Assembly (NCBI GenBank): GCA_964016885.1
Contig: OZ024740.1
Coordinates: 329,406,001 to 329,470,000 of the forward strand
Direction: 5' to 3'
Length of the DNA stretch: 64,000 nucleotides
Source: Eledone cirrhosa
Taxonomy: Eukaryota
Part shown: positions 46,626 through 59,119 of the stretch, piece by piece
Layout of the letters: every line of letters begins with the position of its first letter
Numbering within the stretch: position 1 is the stretch's first letter
Translations under genes and position numbers: made by a program
The notes under the pieces: model-generated
Databases searched by the model: none
What the model saw: only the letters and a program-made list of their open reading frames with translations
What the model was told of the DNA's origin: nothing

Positions 46626-46944
46626 AATGAAGTAATTCCGTCGGTAAGGTCCAGGAAAAAAGAGTGATCTATGTAGGTTACAGAGCTTATTAGTTATGTA
46701 ATAAACAACATACGATAATTATTTCATTTACCAGTGGTTTCTTGAAAGCAAGCAAAATTTGCTTTCAGTCATCAGAATGAAAAAATCATGGTCTATATAT
46801 TGACAGTGGATTTTAAAAACAAAAATATAATCTATATGAAAGTGAAGCTGAAAAGGAACGGAAAAAGAATAAATATAAAAGTGGATAACCACACATGAAT
46901 ACACACACACACACACATATACATACACACATATATACACATAT

Positions 46945-46977
<33 letters not shown>

Positions 46978-47786
46978 CATACACACATATATACACATAC
47001 ATATACATATATATATATATATATTATCCCTACATACACATACACATAAACACAGAGACACACACATACACACATATATATATATACACACACGCATACA
47101 CATATATATATACACACACGTACATATACACATACACGTACATATATATACACGCATACATACGCACACACATATATAGATATATATACACAGACCTACA
47201 TACGCATACACAATTAATTATGAGAAAAAATAAAAACAATGATCAAATATATAATGCAATAGGTCGTCACATAAAAAAAGAATATATGACTTAAGAAAAA
47301 AATTATTATAAAGTTGACAGTGATACAGGAAAGGACACAAATAAATAAACAAACACACGTGGTAAGCAATACACAAATCTACACATACACATACATACAT
47401 ATAAATATATACATACATACACACATATACACACACACATCCATATATATATATACATATACACACACATATATATATATGAGACAATTCATAAATATTA
47501 TATATATAGATAAATAAAAATAAGAAGGTGGAAGGGGTAAACAAATAGTTGGGATAAAGACAAATAATAAATAAATAAATAGATAAAGGTATAAATGATT
47601 ATAGCTGATTTAGGGCACTCAATACGTTCCTGGAGCAAATAATCAATGAAAAATAAATCACTTTGTATGTAATTATGCATATACATACACATATATACGT
47701 ACACACACACATCCATACAGATATATATATATATAGGAAACAGTATGACCCCGACAGCAGAGCTCAAGCCGTTTCGACGGCTATTG

Positions 47787-47872
<86 letters not shown>

Positions 47873-47989
47873 TACATATACACACATACACAATAATATA
47901 CAGACACACATATATACAAAACGTTATGTCACCACGATAATAAAAGTACACACACACATATAAACACACACACACATATATATATATGG

Positions 47990-48509
47990 TGGCTGTCAAC
48001 TCATTTTCGAGTTGTAGGAGAACCCCGACCTATGCGCTGAACCAGTGTGAATTTTTAGTCCAGCCAGCGACTTGAAAACTCTGGTACAAACGCTACACTT
48101 GTGACAATTATTGACACGTAGTGCTGGGCCCATGGTACCATGTGACGACAAGTGCAGAGAGATCTCCAGATATAAAGCAATGCCTGTGCCGTGAAGCGTT
48201 TATAGTGAGCAAAGGCACTGCACAAAGCCAGTCCCACTCTCTTAACCAAGATGATATTTACCAAAAATAAGAACAAGTCAACAACATTGGTTACCATCAG
48301 GGTTGCAGGTGTTATATCAGAGTTTTCCTTCTCCTAGAATTCTGCCTTGACAAAGGCTGAGGGGTCATCTCTCCCGGTGATTTTGGATGGCCATTGAACC
48401 TTAAGAGCTGCTTTGCCAGGTTTTGTTTTTAGTCCTGCAGGATGTCCAAAGTCACCCTCCTCACCAAGAAACCTTGGTGGGGTTGCCAGTTTAGTCGCCA
48501 ACGACCCGA

Positions 48510-48512
<3 letters not shown>
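47990..48512 (-). mobile_element. Probable RTE LINE 5' UTR fragment; related copy at ~51110-51250
   Basis: Minus strand contains ..CTAGGAGAAGGAAAACTCTGA, a motif I recall from RTE 5' regions. The block GTCCAAA..CCTCACCAA..TTGGTG(A/G)GGTTGCC..GTCGCC.ACGACCCGACCAT is shared by both loci. Confidence 0.5.
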
Positions 48513-48578
<66 letters not shown>

Positions 48579-48751
48579 CATACAGATATATAGAATTATA
48601 TACACATACATTCATACATATATATATACATATATACACATATACACAACACATACATACACACAGAAATAAATATCTATGAATAAAAAAGGTGAGTATG
48701 GAAAGGGTAAGGTAGAAAGTAGGGGTGAATAAGGAAATTAAGCTGTACAGT

Positions 48752-49065
48752 CTCAAGCAACCATCTTTGCTCATTTGTTCAACACTGACAAAGGAACGCT
48801 GTACTAGTTTCAAGCTTATTAGCTATCGACAGCAACATATACCTTCCTGCCAGATGGTTGAACGTCTGAAAGTATATACTTTCCTTATGCATATTAACGG
48901 CTGAGCAGCCTAATTTGCCTATCGAGTGAGTTAATCGGCCGGGGTACCGAAAACGATGAACAGAAAAATTGAAACGAAATTTCCTTTCTCACTGTTAGTA
49001 CGGCTATTACTTAAATTTAAGTATGTATACGTACATACATATACGTATACAGACGTACAGTAGCT

Positions 49066-49100
<35 letters not shown>

Positions 49101-49505
49101 GCACACATATATATATGTACGTATGGATTCACCGAACATTTATTATAAGGCTCGGTGTGTCTGTAAACAAATATCCCGAATTAAGCCGTACAGTGACTAG
49201 CAACCATCGTTGCTCATTTGTTCAACACTGACATAGAAACGCTGTACTAGTTTCAAGCTTATTAGCTATCGACAGCAACGTATACCTTCCAGCCAGATGG
49301 TTGAACGTCTGAAAGTAAATACTTTCCTTATGCATAATAACGGCTGAGCAGCCTAATTTGCATATCGAGTGAGTTAATCGGCCGGGGTACCGATAACGAT
49401 AAACGGAAAAAATGAAACGAAATTTCATTTCTCCCTCTTAGTACGGCTGTTGCTTAAATATAAGTATGTATACGTACATACATACATGTATACAGACGTA
49501 CAGTA

Positions 49506-49543
<38 letters not shown>

Positions 49544-50159
49544 GCACACAAATATATATGTACGTATGGATTCACCGAACATTACATACTTATATTTAAG
49601 CAACGATGAGCAACGATGGTTGCTAGACACTGTACGGCTTAATTCGGGATCTTTGTTTACAAACACACCGAGCATTATAATAAATGTTCGGTGAATCCAT
49701 ACGTACATATATGTGTGCATGTATGTATATATATATACATACTACTGTACGTCTGTATACATATATGTATGTACGTATACATACTTAAATTTAAGTAATA
49801 GACGTGCTAAGAGTGAAAAATGAAATTCGTTTCATTTTTTCCGTTTATCGTTTTCGGTACCCCGGCCGATTAAATCACTCGATATGCAAATTAGGCTGCT
49901 CAGCCGTTAATGTACATAAGGAAAGTATATACTTTCAGAGGTTCAACCATCTGGCAGGAAGGTATACGTTGCTGACGATAGCTAATAAGCTTGAAACTAG
50001 TACAGCGTTCCTTTGTCAGTGTTGAACAAATGAGCAACGATGGTTGCCAGACACTGTACTGCTTAATTCGGGATGTTTGTTTAGAGACACACCGAGCATT
50101 ATAATAAATTTTCGGTGAATCGATACGTACATATATATATATGTGTGCATGTATGTATG

Positions 50160-50251
<92 letters not shown>

Positions 50252-50691
50252 CTACTGTACGTCTGTATACATATATGTATGTACGTATACATACTTATAT
50301 TTAAGTAACAGCCGTACTAAGAGTGAGAAATGAAATTTCGTGTCATTTTTTCCGATTAACTCACTCGATATGCAAATTAAGCTCATCAGCCGTTAATATG
50401 CTTAAAGAAAGTATATACTTTCAGAGGTTCAACCATCTGGCAGGAAGGTATACGTTGCCGACGATAGCTAATAAGCTTGAAACTAGTACAGCGTTCCTTT
50501 GTCAGTGTTGAACAAATGAGCAACGATTGTTGCTAGTCACTGTACGGCATAATTCGGGATATTTGTTTACAGACACACCGAGCATTATAAAAAATGTTCG
50601 GTGAATCCATACGTACATATATGCGTGCATGTATGTATATATATACATACTACTGTACGTCTGTATACATATATGTATGTACGTATACATA

Positions 50692-50697
<6 letters not shown>
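48752..50697. mobile_element. ORF-less hammerhead repeat (retrozyme-like), array 2: two minus units and ~2.5 plus units diverging from ~49590
   Basis: HHRs at 48796-48838(-), 49239-49281(-), 49966-50008(+) and 50452-50494(+); spacings 443 and 486 bp. Confidence 0.8.
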
Positions 50698-50771
<74 letters not shown>

Positions 50772-51289
50772 GGCTGCAAACTTTGCTAATATTATTGCAA
50801 TCGCTTGTCAGATTATAGAAACTGTTGCCTTTTTAGGCTACAGCCAGACACACAAATGGGTAACAGATTCTGAACAAGCAATGCCTGTTCTGTGAAGGAT
50901 TTTTAAGTGCAGAAAGGCCGTGTACTCGACCAACACCACTCTCTGAGATTCGACAACAATACTCGAAAAGCAGAACTGGTTAATATCTTCGGATGCTTCC
51001 GAAGCTGCATGTTTTTTTGAGAGTTTCTCACTCTTAGAAAGGTGTTGTGACAACAACTGAGGGCCTTTCACTTCCAGGTGAAAAGAAAAGTACTATTTGG
51101 ATGGCTGTTGACTCTGTTGAGTTCCTCCGCCCTTTGCCGGGTCTTGTATTTCATCCCCCAGGGTGTCCAAATATCGCCGCCCTCACCAATCAAGCTTGGT
51201 GAGGTTGCCTATTTTGTCGCCGACGACCCGACCATGAGACAGGTTGTACTGGGTTATATATTACCAATAGCACTCGAGAGTGACCTGAC

Positions 51290-51324
<35 letters not shown>

Positions 51325-51326
<2 letters not shown>

Positions 51327-52220
51327 GACATATGCCTGTGGGATGAAATGTTCATGGATTTACCTAGCAGTGAAGGTTGAGCGTCACTTCATCTACGTTA
51401 AACTCTTCTTGCCAATTTATAACTGCATTGGTTCTGACAAGCTAAATTGATATGTGACTAATCACAGAAGACATCAAAAGAAATCAATACTGAATACTCT
51501 TTACCATAGACACAAATTAGCATCTTGTTGTTATTAACCAAATACAGGAAAATGGTTTAGCCCCAAAGGATATCGATCCTGACATGGTTGCTATATTAGG
51601 GGATGACGCTCCAGTTTTACTAACAGTGCAAAATTGAGTTGCTGAGAGGGATACACTTCAAGTTGACCGAAAGTCTTGATGTCCTGCAACTCCCATCAAT
51701 ATATGGTGATGGATGACTGGCGATTGATTATAAATCAAATAGCTAAAGCTTTTAGCTGACCCCTTGAAAGAGTTTAGAATATGCAACAGAATCAACTTGG
51801 CATGGCTAAGATGGGTGCCGCTACTCGTGACACATGGTCCCCTTCGCACTATTCTCATCACGTCACGGACAGATTTGACATGGGTTGAGGCAGATCCAGC
51901 TGGTTCATTTGAACGTTTCCCAATCTAGAACAAGTGGTAGGGTCATACATTTGAGTCAGACAAAGAGATAAAGATTGCAATGGAAACAACTCTCCTCAAC
52001 AGTTCCAAAGACTGACAAGGTCGTTTCGTCAGCAGTGAAGATGATGGCTTTTTATGCAAAAAGCATTATGTTTATTCACTATATTCAAAGGGCCACACCA
52101 TCAATGTCAACTTGCTGACTTAGTTACGAAACGACATCCAGACCAATCAACCACGAAAATTGACGAAATGGGTCATGTTTCACCAGCTCAAGCACAGCAA
52201 GAGCGTTGGAAGAAGTTCAA
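51325..52220 (+). mobile_element. Decayed mariner (Tc1/mariner) transposase
   Basis: GLAPKDIDPDMVAILGDDAP..TVQN, RWVPLLVT (WVPxxL motif), EADPAGSFERF, KVVSSAVKMMA, IMFIHYIQ..HTIN, MFH; many lesions. Confidence 0.85.
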
Positions 52221-52257
52221 GCACACGCACACACACACACACGCACACACACACACA

Positions 52258-52333
<76 letters not shown>

Positions 52334-52334
52334 A

Positions 52335-54455
52335 ACAACTCGTGTCCTGCACCATTCTCCAGCTCATCTCTCCCTCCCTCCTACGCCCACAGACACCAAC
52401 CTTATTGTACACACCCGTCGCACACCCACCATCTACTTCCTCCTCAAAATACACAAACAAAATAATCCAGACCGTCCTATCGTTTCCACGTTTAACTGTC
52501 CGACCGAGATAATTTCCGAATACTTAGATACCATCCTCGCCTCGTTAGTCGTCAACCTCCCCTCCCGCATCCTTCCCTCCTGGCCCCTCTCGACTTCTCT
52601 TTACTCTGGACATCATCTCTCTCTATACCTTCATCCCTTATGATAACGGCTTCCACGCTCTCTGACACTTTTAGACCCACATCCCACCCCTTACCCCAGC
52701 ACTACCATTCTTCTCCGTCTGGCTGAGCTATCTTGACCTTCAATGGCCTTTCCTTTTCGGGTGATTCTATCAGCAAGTAGCGATGGGAACAAGAATGGGA
52801 CCAAACTATGCCAACTTGCTTGATGGCTAAATCGAAGCCCAGATTTTCTGCCAGTACGTTGGACCTACTCCTGAGCTATACGGTCGTTATATTGACGACT
52901 GTATCAGCACCACCTCTCTATCACGAGAACAGCTCAACTGCTTTCGATCTTTTTCCAATCTTTCCATCCGGCTCACACCTTCACCGCCTCCGTCTTCTGT
53001 ACTTTATCTCGATTCTCTATCTGTCCATCATTCTCACCACACCCTCCCTACTTCCATTTACTATAAACCGACCTCCTCCCACTCTTAAATCGACTTATCT
53101 CCTCCCATACAACCAACACCAAACACTCCATACCCTATTCCAAATTCCTCCGTCTTCATCGGCTCTGTAGCCAGGACGAAGATTTCCAAATCCATTCCCT
53201 TCACATGGCTCCCGCTTCATTCAGCCTGGATATATGATCCAAGCTGCTCTCACACACGCCCGTAAAACCGACCGTACCCCAGCCCTCTCACCCCCAACCC
53301 CAGCCTTCCTTTCCCTCTCACCTACCACCCCATCAATCTACCACTCCGGTGACATATCCTCCGTTCCTTCCGCACCCACACTTCTGACCCAGTCACTTCT
53401 CGTTTTTTTCCTAACCCACTTATTACCGCATTGAAGCTCTCCCGTAACTTCCGTGACCTCCTGTACGCAGTTCCTTCTCGTCCTTTCCTACGACTCCACC
53501 CGGCTCTTATCCTTGTTCACGTCTCCGCTGCAACACTTGTCCTTTCATTCCCACCCTCACCACTCTCAGAGGCCCTAACGGGTTATTCCGTATCCGCCAC
53601 TCATCGCCACCTGCATCGACACCCACGTTGGCTATGCACACCAGTGTTCCCTTTGCGGGTCTTTATACATCGGACAAACGGGACGCCGTTTGATCGACCG
53701 TTTTGCTGTTCATTTCAAAGGCATACGACTGGGTTTGGATACTTCCGTTACTCGTCATTTCCATTATCCTGGTCACTCTTCCATATAAGTCTCAGTCCTG
53801 GGTTTCCCTTTACATCACCGATCACAGGCCTCGCGAACCAGGACTGAATAGAGTCTGATTTACTGCCTTAGCTCCGGTTTCCCACATGGACTCAACTCAT
53901 CTCCCCAATTTCTTTAATATCCCGTCCATTATCACACAGGCGATTGTACACTCACCCCAAGATTCCTAGGGCTCTTTAATGATCAGACACATATTCTCTT
54001 ACAACGAATATGCATACTCCACTTTTTCCTTCACGCATACACACACCCCCTTATATTAACATACTTTTGCTAATAGCTTCGTACTTACAAGTACTCACAC
54101 ACTCTTTTACTTGCATATATTCACAGTCTTTTACTTACATACCCCTCCACTCCCCCCACACACACATGCATATGCACGCTCACGCAAAAGTATAGCTCGT
54201 TATACAAAACGATTTTTTCCATTTCAGGTAGACGCGCTCCAGCATCGACGTTTCTAAAAATAAAACATACTCACAACACCAGTACCAACAGTTTTCCAAG
54301 AGATGTCAACATTAATGCACCTGTTACTTTTATCTAAATACACATTTTCCAATTCTACCCCGCCCGTTCCTTCAATCTTTCTTATTCATCATTCTTTCTT
54401 CTGATGAAGGACTAGCGTCCGGAACGTTAAGACACTCTTCCTGCTATTTCAAGCG
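52335..54455 (+). mobile_element. Decayed C-rich PLE (Neptune-like), RT + GIY-YIG + 3' HHR
   Basis: LFTLDIISLYTFIP, VAMGTRMGPNYANL, RYIDDC, PCSRLRCNTCP, LYIGQTGRRLIDRF. HHR at 54397-54432: TCTT-CTGATGA-AGGAC(TAGC)GTCC-GGAA-CG-TT-AAGA (GAAA mutated). Confidence 0.85.
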
Positions 54456-54887
54456 TTAACCTAATATATTCTTTCCATATACTGTACTGATTGTGTTGTT
54501 ATTTCTTTTTCCCTGTGTACACACACACACACCCACACATACACACATACGCCCCCCCCCACATACACATATATATATATATATATATATTAATTTGAAC
54601 AATGTCAGTATTCCGTCATAATTCTCGATTATCATTGGTTCATAGGTTTCAAACGACTCCGCCCACCTCAACGACGCGAAACTTAAATTAATATGCATAA
54701 TGCCAACGAGGGAGTGAGAGGGGAGAGAGAGGCAAAGTGAACGTTGTGTTTGGATACACTATGTATATGTGTCAGTGTAGAGATGTGTATGTGTGGAAAT
54801 AAGAGGGGAGGGAAAGTAATAACTATTAACAATAACTATTAACAAGTTCATAGCTTCTAATTCGAATGGATGGAGATGGGATGTGTA

Positions 54888-55010
54888 TTGGTGTAATGGT
54901 GGCACAGTCGTCTGGATAAACCAAAGGTGTGGGTTCGACTCTCATGTACGGCAACACTCATCTATTTCCATTTCTCCGAGGGTTATAAACCCCACTATCA
55001 GGTTGGAAAT
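54888..55010 (+). mobile_element. tRNA-derived SINE head or tRNA pseudogene of a second family
   Basis: A box TGGTGTAATGG and B box GGTTCGACTC at tRNA spacing; no clean cloverleaf. Confidence 0.55.
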
Positions 55011-55344
55011 TTCTTTAGTCTAAAATACGGTGAAAGCTTATAATTTCTAATTTCTAATATATATATATATATATATATACAGATACATATTGCAGATACA
55101 TATTGTACGCATGAGGGCGCAAATAGTTAGCTTGATCACCGTATACATTACATCCACGAACATATCCCATATCCTCGAAATCACACACACAAACACGAAG
55201 GCTGAAATTAAATATAATTCTAAGTTTGCTTTTGATTCTCAGTGCAGATTATGAAATTAGAAATATAAATAAATATAGTCTACATGCTTATAACACACGT
55301 TATCAAATCCCATAGTAAATATATATGCACATAATGTTAACTTA

Positions 55345-55660
55345 CGCCGTACATTGTTTAGGCAACCACGTCACCTTTTTGTTCAACACTGACACAGGAA
55401 TTCGGGCTGTTTGTTTGTTTACAAACAAACCGAGCATTATAATAAATGTTCGGTAAACCGATACGTGCATATATATATATATGTGTGCATGTATGTATAT
55501 ATATACATACTACTGGACGTCTGCATACATATATGTATGTACGTATACATACATACATACTTACATTTATATAAATATATATATATATAAGTATGTATAC
55601 GTACATAAGTATCAGGCGAAATAAGAGTGAGGAATGAAATTTCCTTTTTTTCCTTTTATA
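55345..55660. mobile_element. Fragment of the retrozyme-like repeat with an internal inversion junction at ~55400
   Basis: GGCAACCACGTCACCTTTTTGTTCAACACTGACACAGGAA (minus sense) is joined to TTCGGGCTGTTTG...CCGAGCATTATAATAAATGTTCGG (plus sense). Confidence 0.7.
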
Positions 55661-55669
55661 CATATATAT

Positions 55670-55965
55670 AGTAATAATAATAGTTTTGAAGACTAAAATC
55701 CAAAGAGGGCTAGATAAGCATAAATATATATCAAATATATAAGAACCGTAGAGCAAATAACGTATTATATTCGTTTTTTCCCGTTCTTTGCCAGGGAACG
55801 TTTCCACGAACCAAAGTATCGTCTTCTTGTCTTCCTCCAGTTGCAAGGCTTTTTGAAATATTCACTTCTGCGTTCACAGATTGACTTTGTTAGTTTCAGA
55901 AGATTCCGTTAAGGGTGAAAATAGCGATTCTTTGCTTAAACTTTAATCTGTTATTTTAATAAATA
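55670..55965. mobile_element. Rearranged terminal-repeat fragment of the 29-33 kb PLE family; similar pieces at 8345-8415 and 60640-61003
   Basis: Shares GAAGACTAAAATCCAAAGAGGGCT and the CAGAAGA hammerhead block. Confidence 0.8.
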
Positions 55966-56211
55966 TATATATATATATGTGAGAAAAACCATAGACCCTC
56001 CATCTCAACTCTACTTTTGAAAAGCAGAAGAACTGCGAAATAAATATATATATATTTTTAAAAATAAGACTCCAGTTGCATTTTCGATTTCATATTTATT
56101 TCGTTATACTTTCACTCTTGTAGGACACCTCGGTTATTTTTCATTTTGTAAAAAATCCTCACTTTCTAATAATATATATATATTTATATACATATATATA
56201 TATATGTATAT

Positions 56212-56262
<51 letters not shown>

Positions 56263-56264
<2 letters not shown>

Positions 56265-57850
56265 AAATTAAGATAAATCAAAATGAATTTAATCTAAATC
56301 AAAATTATGGGTGTCATGCCAGAAAGGCATGCGCCATATCACCCGTAAAATAAGTTCTAAGATTCTAATGAATAGGTCCGAGCATTTTATAACAACTAGA
56401 AATTGATTAACAAATAATCCAAATGGTACAATCAGGGTTATGGAAAAGATAAGTTGGAATTAAATTGGTGTAAAGTTCTCGAATTTCGTTGCTGATTTAT
56501 GCCGACAAAAAATTATTCGTTCAATTCTACTGTTAAGAAGAATTTTGCTTAAATTTAGAATTTGGAAAAGTTCAATATTACAGAGTCTGCAGTGGGACTA
56601 CCAATTTGATAGGCCCTTGCATTTGACAGTTTTGACCAGCTGATCTCAAATTCTATGTTTGCATTCTTGAGTTGCTAGATTCTATTGGCGAGAGTTGTTG
56701 TATTCGAGAGATTCTTGTTAATCATAGAATGTCTGTGTACGTACACCCTTTTCTTAAATTCACCAGCTGTGGAACCGATGTAATACCATCTCAAGCTGCC
56801 TGAATTTATAGTACATAGGTATACTATATTTTTCTCTAGGCATCTGTTTTGTAAAAGGCATTTGGTAGGTAGGTGGCAGTTGCATTTAGAGGCTTTTCTA
56901 TGCGCCGGTTATACTATATTATTTTGTACATTGCTATGTAAGGGCTGCGAATTGGGTTTGTTGATGTATTGTGGTGGTGTGCTCTGACATGTGTTTGGTT
57001 GCGATGATGTAATATGCTTATGTTCAGTATTTGATGTTATGGTACTTATTTGGGGACTACTTGAATTATAAATTCTTCTATAGTTAATTTTATGTTGTTA
57101 ATTTTATGTCCAATGTTGTTGGCAGTGAAGTATTATAGTGTGATAGTTTTTCTATTGAAGAATTTAGGATATTTATGAATTTTAGGGAAGTGTTTGTCAA
57201 CTAATTTGAAGAAACTGAAAGGTAGCTTAGTTTTTATAGAGGAGTTAAACATTAGATTAAACCATAGGTAGTTTCTATTTCTGCATTTTCTATGGTTATT
57301 AGTGGTTTTTATATTAGCATTCTGTTTATTTAAATTACGTGTTTGCTGCCAATTTATATGTTTAGTCCTAGGTTTGTTGTTTCTATAGGTGTGGATAGTA
57401 TTATTAATATTAAATGTGTTGCTATTTTTTTGTATCTGGTATGTATTTGAGTCGCTCTTTATGGCCTGCCTTAAGTAAAGCTATGTTGTAGTAGTTTGCG
57501 TGTTCGTTGAACATTTCCAGGTTAGAAGATGGGCGCGAGATTCTAAGGGATACATTATGTGCTATGGAGTTAATTATCGATCTAGGGTGGTTAGAGTTAT
57601 ATTCAATGTAAGCTAAATTTCCATTATTCTTATGGAAGGGTTCTATTAGTCCTGAGTTAAGGTTGAACAATACATCCAAGAAGTTGACTCTTTTAGAATA
57701 GGGCTCAAAAGTAATGCTAAGGCCTAAATCATTAAAGAATTTTCTAATCTTTTTGCTTAATCATTCTAAGTTTTGATTATTTAAGTTTCTAGCTAAAAGT
57801 AGTGTATCGTCTCTATAGATTCCTCCTTGTAGCTTATCAAATATTCGTCT
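56263..57850 (-). mobile_element. Decayed Naiad-like PLE (second family), RT C-terminal half + GIY-YIG
   Basis: GGIYRDD, VNFLDV, YNSNHP, CNCHLPTKC (CxCx5C), NIVYLC..YIGST..FKKR...H, CRLC..E, CRHK; stops present. Confidence 0.85.
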
Positions 57851-58113
57851 TCCCTTCATTTCTATCTTTACTGTATCTACCTTTTTTCTCTCTATATCTT
57901 TATTATTAATATTATTGATGTGTTAATTTGAATCTGTAAATTTGCCGGTTACGCATATGTTTATATTTTCTCTTTCGTCTTTCTTCTTCCCTTCCTTTCT
58001 CTCTTTACTTTCTTTTTTTTTCTCTATATATCTTTATTATTAATAATATTATTATGGATGTGGTAATTTGAATTTGTAAATTTGCCGGTTAAGCATATAT
58101 TTATATTTTCTTT

Positions 58114-58222
58114 CAGTCTCTGAGGATATGATAGATATGAAATGTCTTATAAATTGAGTGGCACTACTTTCAGCGTTTAGTAATTTTTAGACAACTCTAT
58201 CACTGAAACAATTGTTAGACTG
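58114..58222 (+). ncRNA. Hammerhead ribozyme with long stem II loop
   Basis: CAGTCT-CTGAGGA-TATGATAGA...TCTATCACT-GAAA-CAATTG-TT-AGACTG, then AATAAA. Confidence 0.8.
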
Positions 58223-58274
58223 TAAATAAATCTCCTTTGTTGTACTGTTGACCATGTTATTCTCCACTTTTTCA

Positions 58275-58848
<574 letters not shown>

Positions 58849-59071
58849 AAGGAAAAGCGAAGTATTTTCAGATGTTCAAGTCCTTTAATAATAATGATGT
58901 GATATATATTTCAATGGCGAAAGTGGCCACACTGTTCTGTGCGCAAGTCTCGCGACATCGTCAGACGGCTTGTTACACTTCGCTTTTCCTTATTCGATAT
59001 TTACTTTGTCACTCTTATGTGGAATAAGTATATTCAGTGCTTGATTAGAATTGCATCAATATTTACCCTAA

Positions 59072-59119
<48 letters not shown>

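Noticed and set aside
43030-50697. CRISPR-like array or protein-coding repeat (ORFs ending ...[11 protein letters not shown])
   Set aside because: Whole units repeat with no unique spacers. The short ORFs are not preserved between copies, and the context is eukaryotic.
54888-54960. Functional tRNA gene
   Set aside because: A and B boxes are present but the acceptor and anticodon stems do not pair well; treated as a SINE head.
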